A stretch of 64,000 nt of DNA from Pseudomonadota bacterium (GCA_029781535.1 JAKOWL010000214.1:5550-69549), one strand, 5' to 3'; shown: positions 10,834-21,157, counted from the stretch's first letter. The notes: generated by a model not told the origin, from the letters alone. Numbers and translations are program-made.

Positions 10834-11460
10834 ATGCACGAGTCCAGTAAGTCTGTCATGCGACGTTTGCATGATAGCCGATTTGCAACACGTTATCTGG
10901 TAGGTCATGGAATCGATATTGGTTGCGGTCCGGATTCCATCTTTAACTATCGTGAACAATTCCCTTTGATGCAAAGCTGCCGTAATTGGGATTTGCCTGA
11001 TGGCGACGCGCAATTTTTGGAAACCGTTCAAGACGAAACTTTCGATTTCGTACATTCCAGTCATTGCCTTGAACATATGCGTAATCCCCAGGAAGCTTTG
11101 TACTACTGGCTGCGTGTACTCAAGCCCGGCGGCCATTTGATTGTGATGATTCCGGATGAGGATTTGTATGAGCAAGGCATTTTTCCTTCCACCAATAATG
11201 ACGACCACAAATGGACGTTTACTATTTTCAAAGAGAATAGCTGGTCAGCACAATCTATCAGCCTGATGAGCCTGCTGGCTGATTTCAGCAGCATAGCCCA
11301 GATATTGAAAGTCGAACTGCTGGATGCAACATTCAGATACGGCTTGCCGCGCTTCGATCAGACACTGACTCCGGTGGGAGAGTGCGCAATAGAGTTTGTT
11401 ATGCGCAAATTGCCTCAGGAAGAGGTCGCGCGCATGGGGCGTTATCCTGACCCTGCCTAG
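10834..11460 (+). CDS. Class I SAM-dependent methyltransferase (Methyltransf_11-like), substrate unknown
   Basis: 208 aa with motif I GIDIGCGPD and post-I and motif III regions (LKPGGHLIVMIPD). GGAGG RBS, 36 nt after pqqE with no terminator between. Confidence 0.8.
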   Translation: MHESSKSVMRRLHDSRFATRYLVGHGIDIGCGPDSIFNYREQFPLMQSCRNWDLPDGDAQFLETVQDETFDFVHSSHCLEHMRNPQEALYYWLRVLKPGGHLIVMIPDEDLYEQGIFPSTNNDDHKWTFTIFKENSWSAQSISLMSLLADFSSIAQILKVELLDATFRYGLPRFDQTLTPVGECAIEFVMRKLPQEEVARMGRYPDPA

Positions 11461-12671
11461 TGTCTAACGTATCAAAGAACATCACTATCAGTAGCCAGAA
11501 TCTCGTTGTGCTAGTTTTGGCCGCGCTGGCTGCGTTGGCTCCATTCGCTATCGATACCTATTTGCCGGCTTTCCATGCCATGGCGGCAAATTTAAACGCG
11601 TCCGATGTGCATATCCAGCAAAGTCTGGCCGTGTATTTACTGCCTTATGCCATCATGACGTTGTGGCATGGCGCGATTTCTGACGCGATTGGCCGCATCA
11701 CCACCATCAGATGGGGCCTGGGCATTTTTGTGCTGGCCAGCATCGGTTGTGCGCTTGCGCCTAACGTGGAAACGTTATGGTTCTTCCGCGCGCTGCAGGG
11801 CGCAAGCGGCGGGGCAGGCAACACGGTGGCGCGCGCCATGGTGCGTGACCTGTTCGAAGGCCCGCAAGCGCAGCGTGTCATGGCTACCGTGCAGATGTTG
11901 TTTGGCTTGGCGCCTGCGGTGGCGCCTATCATCGGTGGGTTTTTGCTTGGCTTCCATTGGCAGGCCATCTTTATCTTTCTGGCGCTGTATGCCGCAGTGA
12001 GCTTGTGGGCGGCGGTGAAATACCTGCCGGAAACCATGCCGCCAGAAAAGCGCATCCCGCTATCCACAAAAAGCGTGCTACATAGCTACAAAATCATCTT
12101 TAGCGATATGGAATTTGCCAAACTAAGCATCGCGCTGGGCGCAGTGTTTGCGGCATTCTTTGTGTACGTGCTCGCCAGCCCACAGTTTTTGGGAAAACTG
12201 CTGGGTTTTACGCCGCAGCAATATGGCTACTTCTTTGTTTCCACCGTCACCGGCATGGTCATCGGTTCGTATTTATCCAAACGCGCGGCGGGTAAATACG
12301 CGGCTAGAAAGATGTTGCGCGTCGCCTACACCTGGATGTTCGCCATCGTGTCGTTGAACCTGTTCATCTGTTATCTGTTCCCCGTCAAGCCTATTTTTAA
12401 CATCCTGCCCGTCGCCTTGTTCAACATCGGCATGGGCTTGGTCATGCCCATCATCTCCATCGCCGCGCTGGACAGGCACCCCAAAATCCGCGGCACGGCG
12501 GCTTCCGGCCAAGCCTTTGTGCAGATGCTGTTCTCCACGGTTTCAGCCGGCATTATCGTGCCGCTGGTGTGGAGCGGGGTGTTTGGTCTTGCAAGTGCGA
12601 TGCTGGGGTTCTGGTTGATAAGCGCGCTGGCGATACAACAAACACGGCTTTGGAGAAACAGCAAAATTTAA
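11460..12671 (+). CDS. MFS transporter, Bcr/CflA drug-resistance subfamily-like
   Basis: 403 aa with about 12 predicted TM helices and an MFS motif-A-like ISDAIGRITTI. The GTG start overlaps the methyltransferase TAG stop (taGTG). Confidence 0.85.
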   Translation: MSNVSKNITISSQNLVVLVLAALAALAPFAIDTYLPAFHAMAANLNASDVHIQQSLAVYLLPYAIMTLWHGAISDAIGRITTIRWGLGIFVLASIGCALAPNVETLWFFRALQGASGGAGNTVARAMVRDLFEGPQAQRVMATVQMLFGLAPAVAPIIGGFLLGFHWQAIFIFLALYAAVSLWAAVKYLPETMPPEKRIPLSTKSVLHSYKIIFSDMEFAKLSIALGAVFAAFFVYVLASPQFLGKLLGFTPQQYGYFFVSTVTGMVIGSYLSKRAAGKYAARKMLRVAYTWMFAIVSLNLFICYLFPVKPIFNILPVALFNIGMGLVMPIISIAALDRHPKIRGTAASGQAFVQMLFSTVSAGIIVPLVWSGVFGLASAMLGFWLISALAIQQTRLWRNSKI

Positions 12672-12726
12672 ATTTTTAGTGTCAAATCTAGATTTATGCG
12701 TAAACAAGCCATAAGCAAAAAGCTAA

Positions 12727-14655
12727 TTAACTTTTACGCGCTTCTAGAAACTCCCAGCGCATCAGTTGGTTTTCTAGCAGGCTTTCAATTTCAATTAACC
12801 TTGCCTGCAGCGTTTTTACTTTTTCCGGCGCTGATTTGTAAATTTCACCATTCATTAACAGCGCGTTAATTTCTGCTTGCTCGGCTTCCAGTTGTTCGAT
12901 TTTTTCCGGGATTTCGTCCAGCTCTTTTTGTTCCTTAAAACTTAATTTTGCTGGCTTGTCTGGCTTCGAGCCTGATTTGGGTGCCTCGGAAGCCGCATGG
13001 ATATTGGATTCCAGGGTAGATGTTTTGATAGGTGCAGGTGCTTTCTGATTTTTTGACGCCGAAAAGCGCTGCCAGTCATCGTATCCGCCGCCAAATTCGG
13101 TGAGCTTTCCGTTGCCTTCAAACGCGATGACTTGCGTGACGGTGTTCTCTAAAAACGCGCGGTCATGGCTGACCAGAAACAGTGTGCCGCTAAAGTCTTG
13201 CAGCAAACTTTCCAGCAGTTCCAAGGTGTCGATATCTAAATCATTGGTGGGCTCATCCAGCACCAGAACATTGGCGGGGCGGGCGAAAAGCCGCGCCAGC
13301 AACAGGCGGTTTCGTTCACCGCCGGAGAGCGATTTGACGGGTGAGCGCGAGCGCTGCGGCGGGAACAGAAAATCTTCCAGATAGCTGATGACGTGTTTGC
13401 GCTCGTTGCCGATTTCAACAAAATCGCTTCCAGGACTAATTGTGTCTGCCAATGTGGCTTCTTCGTTCAGTTGTTCGCGCATTTGGTCGAAATAGGCGAC
13501 ATTGATTTTGGTGCCGCGCGTGATTTTTCCGCTGTCCGGTTCTAGCTCACCCAGAATGAGTTTGAGCAGTGTGGTTTTTCCAACGCCATTCGGGCCAAGC
13601 AAACCGATTTTATCGCCACGCATGATGCGTGTGCTGAAATTTTTGATGAGGACTTTGTCGCCATACGATTTTGATACGTTCTCAAGCTCAGCCACTAGCT
13701 TGCCACTACGTTCACCCGCGTCCAGATTCAGTTTTACGTTACCCTGGCGTTCGCGTCGTGCAGCGCGCTCCAGTCGCAACGCTTCCAGCCTGCGCACGCG
13801 GCCTTCGTTGCGAGTGCGGCGCGCTTTGATGCCTTGGCGTATCCACACTTCTTCTTGCGCCAATACTTTGTCAAACTTGGCGGCGTGGGTTTCTTCCACG
13901 GCGAGAAGCTCTTCTTTTTTCACCTGATATTGCGAGAAATTGCCGACGAAATCGGTCAGCTTGCCACGGTCAAGCTCGGTGATGCGTGTGGCGAGCTTGT
14001 CCAGAAAGCGTCTATCGTGCGTAATAAACAGCACGCTGCCCTTGAAGCCTAGCAATAAATCTTCCAGCCACTCGATCGCTTCCAGATCCAGATGGTTGGT
14101 CGGTTCGTCCAGCAACAGCACTTCAGGCTCTGCCACCAGCGCACGCCCCAGTGCCACGCGTTTGCGCCAGCCGCCGGAAAGCGTGGAAACCAGCGCGTCG
14201 GCGTCCAGCTTCAAGCGGCTTAACACGGTTTCCACCCGTGATTGCGCCGCCCAGCCATTTTGGGCATCCAGTTCGTGCTGCAAATGCTGCATTTTCCCCA
14301 TGAGTTTTTCGATATCGGCACCCGGCATACCCATGTCGTGCGTCACTTGGTGATAATCGATGATGATTTGCTGCAAGTTTCCCAGGCCTTCGGCAACCGC
14401 CTCGAATATGGTGTGTGTGGTGTCCAGTTCCGGTTCCTGTGGCACATACACCACGCGTGCGTCAGGTGCGCGCCACACTGTTCCATCGTCTAGTTTGATA
14501 GTGCCCGCGATGGCTTTTAATAAGCTCGATTTTCCCGCGCCGTTGCGGCCAATGAGTCCTACGCGTTCGCCAGCATCCAGCTGAAAAGCCGCATGATCGA
14601 GCAGCGCATGGTGACCAAAGGCAAGGCAAGCATTATCGAGGGTGATGTAGGGCAT
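12727..14655 (-). CDS. uup: ABC-F family ATPase Uup
   Basis: 642 aa with two ABC cassettes (GRNGAGKSS/LSGGWRKR and GPNGVGKTT/LSGGERNR) and a C-terminal coiled-coil tail. Collinear with E. coli Uup. Confidence 0.9.
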   Translation of the reverse strand: MPYITLDNACLAFGHHALLDHAAFQLDAGERVGLIGRNGAGKSSLLKAIAGTIKLDDGTVWRAPDARVVYVPQEPELDTTHTIFEAVAEGLGNLQQIIIDYHQVTHDMGMPGADIEKLMGKMQHLQHELDAQNGWAAQSRVETVLSRLKLDADALVSTLSGGWRKRVALGRALVAEPEVLLLDEPTNHLDLEAIEWLEDLLLGFKGSVLFITHDRRFLDKLATRITELDRGKLTDFVGNFSQYQVKKEELLAVEETHAAKFDKVLAQEEVWIRQGIKARRTRNEGRVRRLEALRLERAARRERQGNVKLNLDAGERSGKLVAELENVSKSYGDKVLIKNFSTRIMRGDKIGLLGPNGVGKTTLLKLILGELEPDSGKITRGTKINVAYFDQMREQLNEEATLADTISPGSDFVEIGNERKHVISYLEDFLFPPQRSRSPVKSLSGGERNRLLLARLFARPANVLVLDEPTNDLDIDTLELLESLLQDFSGTLFLVSHDRAFLENTVTQVIAFEGNGKLTEFGGGYDDWQRFSASKNQKAPAPIKTSTLESNIHAASEAPKSGSKPDKPAKLSFKEQKELDEIPEKIEQLEAEQAEINALLMNGEIYKSAPEKVKTLQARLIEIESLLENQLMRWEFLEARKS

Positions 14656-14771
14656 ATTCTGGAATTAACCTAAAGGGTGTTGATTATACGGCCTGCCAGT
14701 ACTTTTATTGAAAAGTATCTAGTGACGGATGAAGTTCGGAGCGATATTTGCCTGCTGTGTGGCGATGATGG

Positions 14772-15365
14772 CTAGCTTCGCGTTAGCCTGCCAATATTAC
14801 CGAGCACAGACTTTATGCCGCGCCAGAGCTTGGGGATCAGCCAAATCATCAGCAAGATAAACATAGCCAGCAGGCCTAAAAACACCGTAGGATGCGCGAA
14901 TGCCAGCCAGCCACCGGTGATGAGTATACTTTCTTCGCCAAACGAGGTTGCTATGTTGGTGACAGGTTCTGGAGTGGTGTTGATCAAAGCGCGGCTGCCA
15001 GCCTTGGTCATGTGTGTGGCGCCTGCCAAAGAACCACCCAGCAGTGCGACAATGGTGGCGATAACTGGGTCACCGGTATTCATGGAGCCCATCGCCAGCA
15101 ATGCTCCTGCCGGGATGCGGATAAAGGTATGGATGGAATCCCAAATACTATCGATATAAGGGATTTTGTCTGCCAAAAACTCGATGACGGAAAGTAGTCC
15201 GGATGCAGCGATGACTAAAGGGTGCGTCAAAATGCCAAGCGAATCGGGCAGATAGATGACGCCAAACTTCGCCATAATGCCAATGGCGAATATGGTGAGG
15301 TAAGTTCGTAAGCCGCTAGCCCAGCTCAGGCCACTGGCTAGTGCTAAGGTAGAAATTGCATCCAT
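14772..15365 (-). CDS. DUF4126-family inner-membrane protein
   Basis: 197 aa, multi-TM, with the characteristic FLADKIPYIDSIWD segment. Confidence 0.8.
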   Translation of the reverse strand: MDAISTLALASGLSWASGLRTYLTIFAIGIMAKFGVIYLPDSLGILTHPLVIAASGLLSVIEFLADKIPYIDSIWDSIHTFIRIPAGALLAMGSMNTGDPVIATIVALLGGSLAGATHMTKAGSRALINTTPEPVTNIATSFGEESILITGGWLAFAHPTVFLGLLAMFILLMIWLIPKLWRGIKSVLGNIGRLTRS

Positions 15366-15400
15366 AGGGTTAAATTATCATATGTAAAGTTTTTGGCAAT

Positions 15401-15426
15401 AAAAAAGGAGGCTAGGCCTCCTTTTT
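15401..15426 (-). terminator. Rho-independent terminator after fdxA (A-run, ggaggc-tag-gcctcc, T-run)
   Basis: A perfect 6-bp GC stem extended by A/T runs on both sides, 17 nt after the fdxA stop. Confidence 0.7.
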
Positions 15427-15442
15427 AACCCCGATTGATTGG

Positions 15443-15766
15443 TTATTCAATCAGCAGATCACGTTTGCCGGGAACACCATTCATGGCGTCAGCATCCGGC
15501 AATGGATCCTTACGTGCCGAGATGACTGGCCATACTTTAGCCAAGCGGGCATTCAGTTCGATATATTCCTGTTGGTCGGCAGGAACATCATCCTCGGCAA
15601 AGATCGCTTCGGCAGGGCACTCTGCCACGCATAGCGTACAGTCGATACACTCATCCGGATTGATTGCCAGAAAGTTAGGGCCTTCTACGAAGCAATCTAC
15701 AGGACAGACATCCACACAATCGGTGTATTTGCACTGAATGCAATTCTCGGTCACTACATAAGTCAT
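15443..15766 (-). CDS. fdxA: 7Fe ferredoxin (Azotobacter FdxA type, 3Fe-4S + 4Fe-4S)
   Basis: 107 aa with the cysteine pattern [18 protein letters not shown]...[12 protein letters not shown]. Confidence 0.92.
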   Translation of the reverse strand: MTYVVTENCIQCKYTDCVDVCPVDCFVEGPNFLAINPDECIDCTLCVAECPAEAIFAEDDVPADQQEYIELNARLAKVWPVISARKDPLPDADAMNGVPGKRDLLIE

Positions 15767-15851
15767 TTCTATTCCTTAAATCAGCTTAAAGCCAAAAGTG
15801 TTATTTTATTCGAAATTTAACAAGTGCGCTTAATTTGCGTTTTGCCTTGAA

Positions 15852-17129
15852 TCAAACAATCATGCCGGCACCGACAGTATTGTTAGTGCTTTCATCAATC
15901 ACAATAAAGGCGCCCGTCGCGCGGTTTTTGCCATAACTATCCACCATCAATGGCTGTGCTAGTTTGAAGCTCATGCGCGCGATATCGTTCATTTTCAAAT
16001 CAGCCGTGGCTTGCTGCTCCAGCGTATTGACGTCCACCTTATAGCTGATTGTGCCGACCTTGGCTTTCGATTCACGTGTGGTGTGACGCACAATGTAAGT
16101 GCGGGCAGGTGAGAGCGGTGTCTCGGAAAGCCAGCACACATGCGCTTCGATTTGCTTGACGGGCTCTACGTTCGCACCGGATTTCACTATCATGTCGCCA
16201 CGGGATGTATCGATCTCATCCGCCAGCAGCAAGGTGATGCTTTGTTCGGTTTGTGCGCTTTGCAGCTGCTGATCCCCAAGCAGAATCTGTTTGACTTTGG
16301 ATTGATAACCGTTAGGTAAAACGGTGACTGCATCCCCTACGGAAATTTCGCCGCTTTCCACGCGCCCCATGAAGCCGCGGAAGTCATGCAGTTCATGGTC
16401 GGCAGAGGCGTGCGGCCGGCAGACGAACTGCACGGGGAAACGGAATTCCTCGGATTGTTCGGTATGCGCGGCAGGTGCGGTTTCCAGAATCTCCAGCATG
16501 GTCTGGCCCTTGTACCAGGGCATGTTGTCGCCGCGGTCTACCAGCATGTCGCCGTTCAGTGCGGATAATGGAACAAACTGGATGTCATGTCCGTCGCGCT
16601 GCAGGCCGATCTGCTCGGCAAAGGCTAGGTAATCTGTCTTGATTCTGTCGAAGGTAGTCTGGTCATAGTTCACCAGATCCATCTTGTTGATGGCAACCAC
16701 GATATGTGGGATGCCCACCAGATGTGCCAGGTAACTATGGCGACGGGTCTGCGTCAGTACGCCTTTGCGCGCATCAATCAGGATGATTGCCAGGTTGGCG
16801 GTAGAAGCTGCAGTCACCATGTTGCGAGTGTATTGTTCGTGGCCAGGCGCGTCGGCAATGATGTACTTGCGGGTGCCGGTACTGAAATAGCGATATGCCA
16901 CGTCGATAGTGATGCCCTGTTCGCGTTCGGCTTGCAAGCCATCCGTGAGCAAAGACAGGTCAACCGCTTCCATGCCGCGTTTTTTGGAGGTCTTTTCGAT
17001 CTGCGTCAGCGTATCGGCCAATATCGTTTTGGTGTCATACAGCAAGCGGCCAATCAAGGTGCTTTTCCCATCATCGACACTGCCGCAAGTCATAAAGCGC
17101 AAAAGGGAGTCATTGTGTTGCATTGTCAT
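15852..17129 (-). CDS. cysN: Sulfate adenylyltransferase subunit 1 (GTPase), with no fused APS-kinase domain
   Basis: G1 GSVDDGKST, G3 DAPGH and G4 NKMD. The preferred start is ATG 17129, one nt after the cysD stop. The ORF track extends to 17171, overlapping cysD. Confidence 0.93.
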   Translation of the reverse strand: MTMQHNDSLLRFMTCGSVDDGKSTLIGRLLYDTKTILADTLTQIEKTSKKRGMEAVDLSLLTDGLQAEREQGITIDVAYRYFSTGTRKYIIADAPGHEQYTRNMVTAASTANLAIILIDARKGVLTQTRRHSYLAHLVGIPHIVVAINKMDLVNYDQTTFDRIKTDYLAFAEQIGLQRDGHDIQFVPLSALNGDMLVDRGDNMPWYKGQTMLEILETAPAAHTEQSEEFRFPVQFVCRPHASADHELHDFRGFMGRVESGEISVGDAVTVLPNGYQSKVKQILLGDQQLQSAQTEQSITLLLADEIDTSRGDMIVKSGANVEPVKQIEAHVCWLSETPLSPARTYIVRHTTRESKAKVGTISYKVDVNTLEQQATADLKMNDIARMSFKLAQPLMVDSYGKNRATGAFIVIDESTNNTVGAGMIV

Positions 17130-17130
17130 G

Positions 17131-18057
17131 TTAGAAGTAACCTTCCTTCTTGCGTTGTTCCATGGATGCATCCGAGGTTTGGTCGTCCAGACGCGTCGCG
17201 CCGCGCTCCGTGATGGTGGTTGTGGCGGTCTCCAGTACGATCTTGCTTACTGTGTCAGCGTCAGATTGTACCGGTGCGGTACACGTGATATCACCCACTG
17301 TGCGGAAGCGTACTTGCATGTTGATGATTTCTTCACCAGCTTTAGGCGGCATGATGACTTCGCCGCTGGCGAGCGGTACGTTCACGGGCACGATAGCGCC
17401 GTTGCGCATCACCACATCCCGCTGGTGTGCGAAATAGATGCTGGGTAACGCCAGATTTTCGCGTTCGATGTATTGCCACACGTCCATCTCTGTCCAGTTG
17501 GAGATAGGGAAGGCGCGGATGTTCTCGCCTTTATGTGAGCGGGCGTTGTACAGGTTCCATAATTCCGGACGCTGGTTTTTCGGATCCCATTGGCCGAATT
17601 CGTCGCGGAAGCTCATGATGCGCTCTTTTGCACGGGCCTTTTCTTCATCGCGACGTGCGCCGCCGATACAGCAGTCGAAGCCGAATTCCTCGATTGCTTC
17701 CAGCAGGGTGACAGACTGGTGTTTGTTACGAGGCTCGTCAGGTGTTTTCAGTACGACGGTACCACGTTTCATAGAGTCTTCGACAGAACGCACAATCAGG
17801 CGCTCACCTAGCTCAGCGGCGCGCTGGTCGCGAAAATCAACGACCTCCTTGTAGTTGTGGCCGGTGTCGATGTGCATCAGTGGAAACGGGAAGCGGCCTG
17901 GGCGGAAAGCCTTTTCAGCTAGGCGCAGGATGCACAGGGAATCCTTGCCGCCCGAGAATAACAATACAGGGTTGGAACACTGGCCGGCGACTTCACGCAG
18001 TATGTGAATCGCTTCGGCTTCCAGCCAATCTAAATGGGATAAAGGTTGTTTTGACAT
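17131..18057 (-). CDS. cysD: Sulfate adenylyltransferase subunit 2
   Basis: 308 aa with the PP-loop LLFSGGKDS. Collinear with E. coli CysD. Confidence 0.95.
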   Translation of the reverse strand: MSKQPLSHLDWLEAEAIHILREVAGQCSNPVLLFSGGKDSLCILRLAEKAFRPGRFPFPLMHIDTGHNYKEVVDFRDQRAAELGERLIVRSVEDSMKRGTVVLKTPDEPRNKHQSVTLLEAIEEFGFDCCIGGARRDEEKARAKERIMSFRDEFGQWDPKNQRPELWNLYNARSHKGENIRAFPISNWTEMDVWQYIERENLALPSIYFAHQRDVVMRNGAIVPVNVPLASGEVIMPPKAGEEIINMQVRFRTVGDITCTAPVQSDADTVSKIVLETATTTITERGATRLDDQTSDASMEQRKKEGYF

Positions 18058-18096
18058 TTCAATTAGTTACGATTTTAATTTAACCTAAAACTTTAA

Positions 18097-18873
18097 TTAT
18101 TTCTTGACGTGCAGGCCGCATTCCTTATTCTGCGGATCCTCCCACCACCATCTGCCTGCGCGCACATCTTCGCCCATCGCAACCGCACGCGTACAGGGTG
18201 CGCAGCCGATGCTGGGGTAGAACTGATCGTGCAGTCTGTTGTAAGGGACTTCGTGCAGACGAATATACGCCCATACTTCTTTCTCACTCCAACTGCTTAA
18301 TGGATTCAGCTTTTCCAGCTTGTTACTTTCGTCAAACTCGCGCACGGGCAGGCTTGCACGCGTTACCGCCTGTGCCGCACGCATCCCGGTAATCCACGCT
18401 TTTTTCCCAGTCAGTGCGCGCTGTAATGGTTCTACTTTACGCATGTGGCAACAGGCTTTACGCAACTCGACGGATTCATAAAACGCATTGATGCCGTGTG
18501 TATGTACATAGCTTTCAACCGCTTCCAGCTTGGGAAAGTACACCTTAAGCTTCATATTATAATGCTTTTCGGTCTCACCCATTAAGTCGTAAGTTTCGAT
18601 AGGCAGGCGGCCGGTATCCAGCGAAAATATTTCGATGCCAGCCCCGCACTTTGAAATCATATCAGTGAGCACCATGTCTTCCGCCCCAAAGCTGTTGGCG
18701 AAAGTGATGTGATTCGCACCGAATTCCTTGCTTGCCTGCAGAAGCAATACCATGGCCTCACGGGTTTTTTCATTGACGTGTTCAACCAGTTCATCGGTAA
18801 GCTCCGGACGGGTGGCAGGATTGTTCGCGGCAGGTTTCAGCATCGTTACACCTGAGTCGAAGTTAGCCATCAT
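18097..18873 (-). CDS. cysH: Adenosine 5'-phosphosulfate (APS) reductase, Fe-S type CysH
   Basis: 258 aa. The CC pair (KACCHMRK) plus SIGCAPCT provide the 4Fe-4S ligands typical of APS-specific enzymes. C-terminal ECGLH. ATGA overlap with the upstream DUF934 gene. Confidence 0.9.
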   Translation of the reverse strand: MMANFDSGVTMLKPAANNPATRPELTDELVEHVNEKTREAMVLLLQASKEFGANHITFANSFGAEDMVLTDMISKCGAGIEIFSLDTGRLPIETYDLMGETEKHYNMKLKVYFPKLEAVESYVHTHGINAFYESVELRKACCHMRKVEPLQRALTGKKAWITGMRAAQAVTRASLPVREFDESNKLEKLNPLSSWSEKEVWAYIRLHEVPYNRLHDQFYPSIGCAPCTRAVAMGEDVRAGRWWWEDPQNKECGLHVKK

Positions 18874-19487
18874 GCGCCTCGGTTGTATCGCTGAAATGCC
18901 GGGCGAGAGTCATCCGCAGCGCCTTGGTAAGGAGCGCTGAAATCGTTGAGGCTGGTAATTGCATCGTTTGCAGACCGGTCAGCACGGATGACGAACTGGT
19001 CGAAACCGGAACGCTTCTGGAAGAATAATTGGTCGCGCAATACGTCGCCAAAAGAACGCAGGGTATTCTTGTAACCGTAGCGTGTGCGCAGCAGGTTGCC
19101 GAGTGAAAAGATGCGGCCATCGGCAAAGCGCTCGACGAAGATCGCAATGATGGGCAGGGTGTTCAGGTCAGGTAGGGCGTTCGTTAAGTCTTCCAGTATC
19201 TCATGGGTAGCCAGCCAAACACCGATTTCACCTTTGCCGATGCGTGCTTGCAAGGTTTTCTGGTTAGCCAGAAACACTTTTAGCGGCAGGATGACTTTGC
19301 CGCTGGCCGGGATGGTTGTGTTTGTGATTTGCTCTGGGGTAACGGTTTGCTCGCCTGTCAGTTTGAACAGCACAACCTTGCCTGCCTGTTTACGTTCTTC
19401 CACATGCGTCTGTGGTAATTTCACCAGCAACCAATCATCCTCAATAGTGCTGGCTGCTCCGTTTTTCAATGCAATCAATTGGCTCAT
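18870..19487 (-). CDS. DUF934 protein associated with ferredoxin-type sulfite reductases
   Basis: 205 aa. Conserved position between cysI and cysH, with a typical C-terminal region (GRIFSLGNLLR...GFDQFVIR). Confidence 0.8.
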   Translation of the reverse strand: MSQLIALKNGAASTIEDDWLLVKLPQTHVEERKQAGKVVLFKLTGEQTVTPEQITNTTIPASGKVILPLKVFLANQKTLQARIGKGEIGVWLATHEILEDLTNALPDLNTLPIIAIFVERFADGRIFSLGNLLRTRYGYKNTLRSFGDVLRDQLFFQKRSGFDQFVIRADRSANDAITSLNDFSAPYQGAADDSRPAFQRYNRGA

Positions 19488-19497
19488 TTGCTGTTTC

Positions 19498-21150
19498 CTA
19501 CTTTGCGTAAACGTGGGTTTTGAACGGGTCTACGCCAATCCGGCGGACGGTATCTATGAATCGTTCTTCATCCGTACGCTGCTGGATATACACATCGATC
19601 AGTTTCTGTACCACACCAGGCATTTCATTGGCGCTGAAAGAAGGGCCGATCACAGTGCCCAGGCTGGCGTCGTTGCCTTGTTTGCCGCCAATGGTGACCT
19701 GATACCATTCGGAGCCATCCTTGTCGACGCCCAAGATGCCGATATGGCCGACGTGGTGATGGCCGCAGGCGTTCATGCAGCCGGAGATGTTCAGCTCGAT
19801 ATCCCCGATATCATGCAGGTAATCCAGATTGTCGAACTGCGTCTGGATCGCTTCTGCGATGGGGATGCTTTTGGCGTTTGCCAGGCTGCAGAAATCGCCG
19901 CCCGGACAACAGATGATGTCGGTCAGCAAGCCGATATTAGGCGTGGCGAGACCGGCAGCACGGGCTTTTTCCCATACTGCGTACAAGTCGCTTAGTTTCA
20001 CGTCGGCCAGAATCAGGTTTTGCTCATGTGAAGAACGCAGTTCACCAAAACTGTATTGGTCAGCCAGATTCGCCACCACATGCATCTGTTCGCAGGTGAT
20101 GTCGCCCGGTGGGTGGCCGTGCGGCTTCAGTGAAAGCGTCACGGCACGGTAGCCCGGCTGTTTGTGAGGATGAACACAGCGTTTTGTCCAGGCGGCAAAG
20201 GCAGGATTGTTGGAAATCGCAGCGTCAAAGCTGGCGTCTGTATCAGGCAGGGACTCGTATGGCATCGGCTCAAAATGTTTGGCGACGCGTGCAAGTTCAG
20301 CCTCTGTAATGGTGTTGGGGCCATCTTTCAAGTGCACCCACTCGGCGTCCACCTGGCGGCGGAACTCATCGATACCCAAGGCTTTCACCAATATCTTGAT
20401 ACGTGCCTTGAAGGCATTGTCACGACGGCCATGCAAATTATAGACACGGATGATCGCTTCACAGTAGGTGAGGATGTATTGCCATTCCAGATGTTCGCGG
20501 ATGACCGTGCCCAAGATCGGTGTGCGGCCCAAGCCGCCGCCAACCCAGACCTTGATGGCCATTTTTCCTAGTGTGTCTTTGTAGAATTCCAGCCCAATGT
20601 CATGCACTTGTACGATGGCGCGGTCTTGCCGGGTGCCGGAAACAGCAATCTTGAACTTGCGCGGCAGCAAGGCGAACTCTGGATGGAACGTGCTCCACTG
20701 GCGCATGATCTCGGCAACCGCACGCGGGTCGATGATCTCGTCTGGCGCGACACCGGCAAACTGGTCGGTGGTGATGTTGCGGATACAATTGCCGGAGGTT
20801 TGCACCGCATGCATTTCCACGGTCGCCAACTCGGCGAGGATGTCCGGTGTATCTTCCAGTTTTGGCCAGTTCAGCTGCAGGTTCTGGCGGGTAGAGAAGT
20901 GGCCGTAGCCTTTGTCGTATTTTTTGGTGATATCGCCTAGTTTGCGCAATTGTGTGCTGGATAGCAGGCCGTACGGTACAGCGATACGCAGCATCGGGGC
21001 ATGGCGCTGAATATATAAGCCGTTTTGCAGGCGAAGTGGGCGAAATTCATCGTCGGTCAGTTCTTTCGCCAGATAGCGACGTATTTGGTCGCGGTACTGG
21101 TCGACACGTTCATTGATGATGGTTTGATCGATTTTGTCGTATTTATACAT
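19498..21150 (-). CDS. cysI: Sulfite reductase hemoprotein (NirA/CysI family, siroheme-4Fe4S)
   Basis: 550 aa with cluster/siroheme cysteines CCPGGDFC and SGCMNACGHHH, and duplicated NIR_SIR ferredoxin-like halves. Confidence 0.92.
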   Translation of the reverse strand: MYKYDKIDQTIINERVDQYRDQIRRYLAKELTDDEFRPLRLQNGLYIQRHAPMLRIAVPYGLLSSTQLRKLGDITKKYDKGYGHFSTRQNLQLNWPKLEDTPDILAELATVEMHAVQTSGNCIRNITTDQFAGVAPDEIIDPRAVAEIMRQWSTFHPEFALLPRKFKIAVSGTRQDRAIVQVHDIGLEFYKDTLGKMAIKVWVGGGLGRTPILGTVIREHLEWQYILTYCEAIIRVYNLHGRRDNAFKARIKILVKALGIDEFRRQVDAEWVHLKDGPNTITEAELARVAKHFEPMPYESLPDTDASFDAAISNNPAFAAWTKRCVHPHKQPGYRAVTLSLKPHGHPPGDITCEQMHVVANLADQYSFGELRSSHEQNLILADVKLSDLYAVWEKARAAGLATPNIGLLTDIICCPGGDFCSLANAKSIPIAEAIQTQFDNLDYLHDIGDIELNISGCMNACGHHHVGHIGILGVDKDGSEWYQVTIGGKQGNDASLGTVIGPSFSANEMPGVVQKLIDVYIQQRTDEERFIDTVRRIGVDPFKTHVYAK

Positions 21151-21157
21151 GGTTCTA

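Noticed and set aside
13100-14584. Series of plus-strand ORFs (94-141 aa) opposite uup
   Set aside because: They are antisense shadow frames of a strongly supported ABC-F gene and consist of Ser/Arg-rich low-complexity translations.
19084-19995. 303-aa plus-strand ORF spanning the DUF934/cysI junction
   Set aside because: It is antisense to two well-supported, motif-bearing genes. It crosses their intergenic gap and has no motifs.
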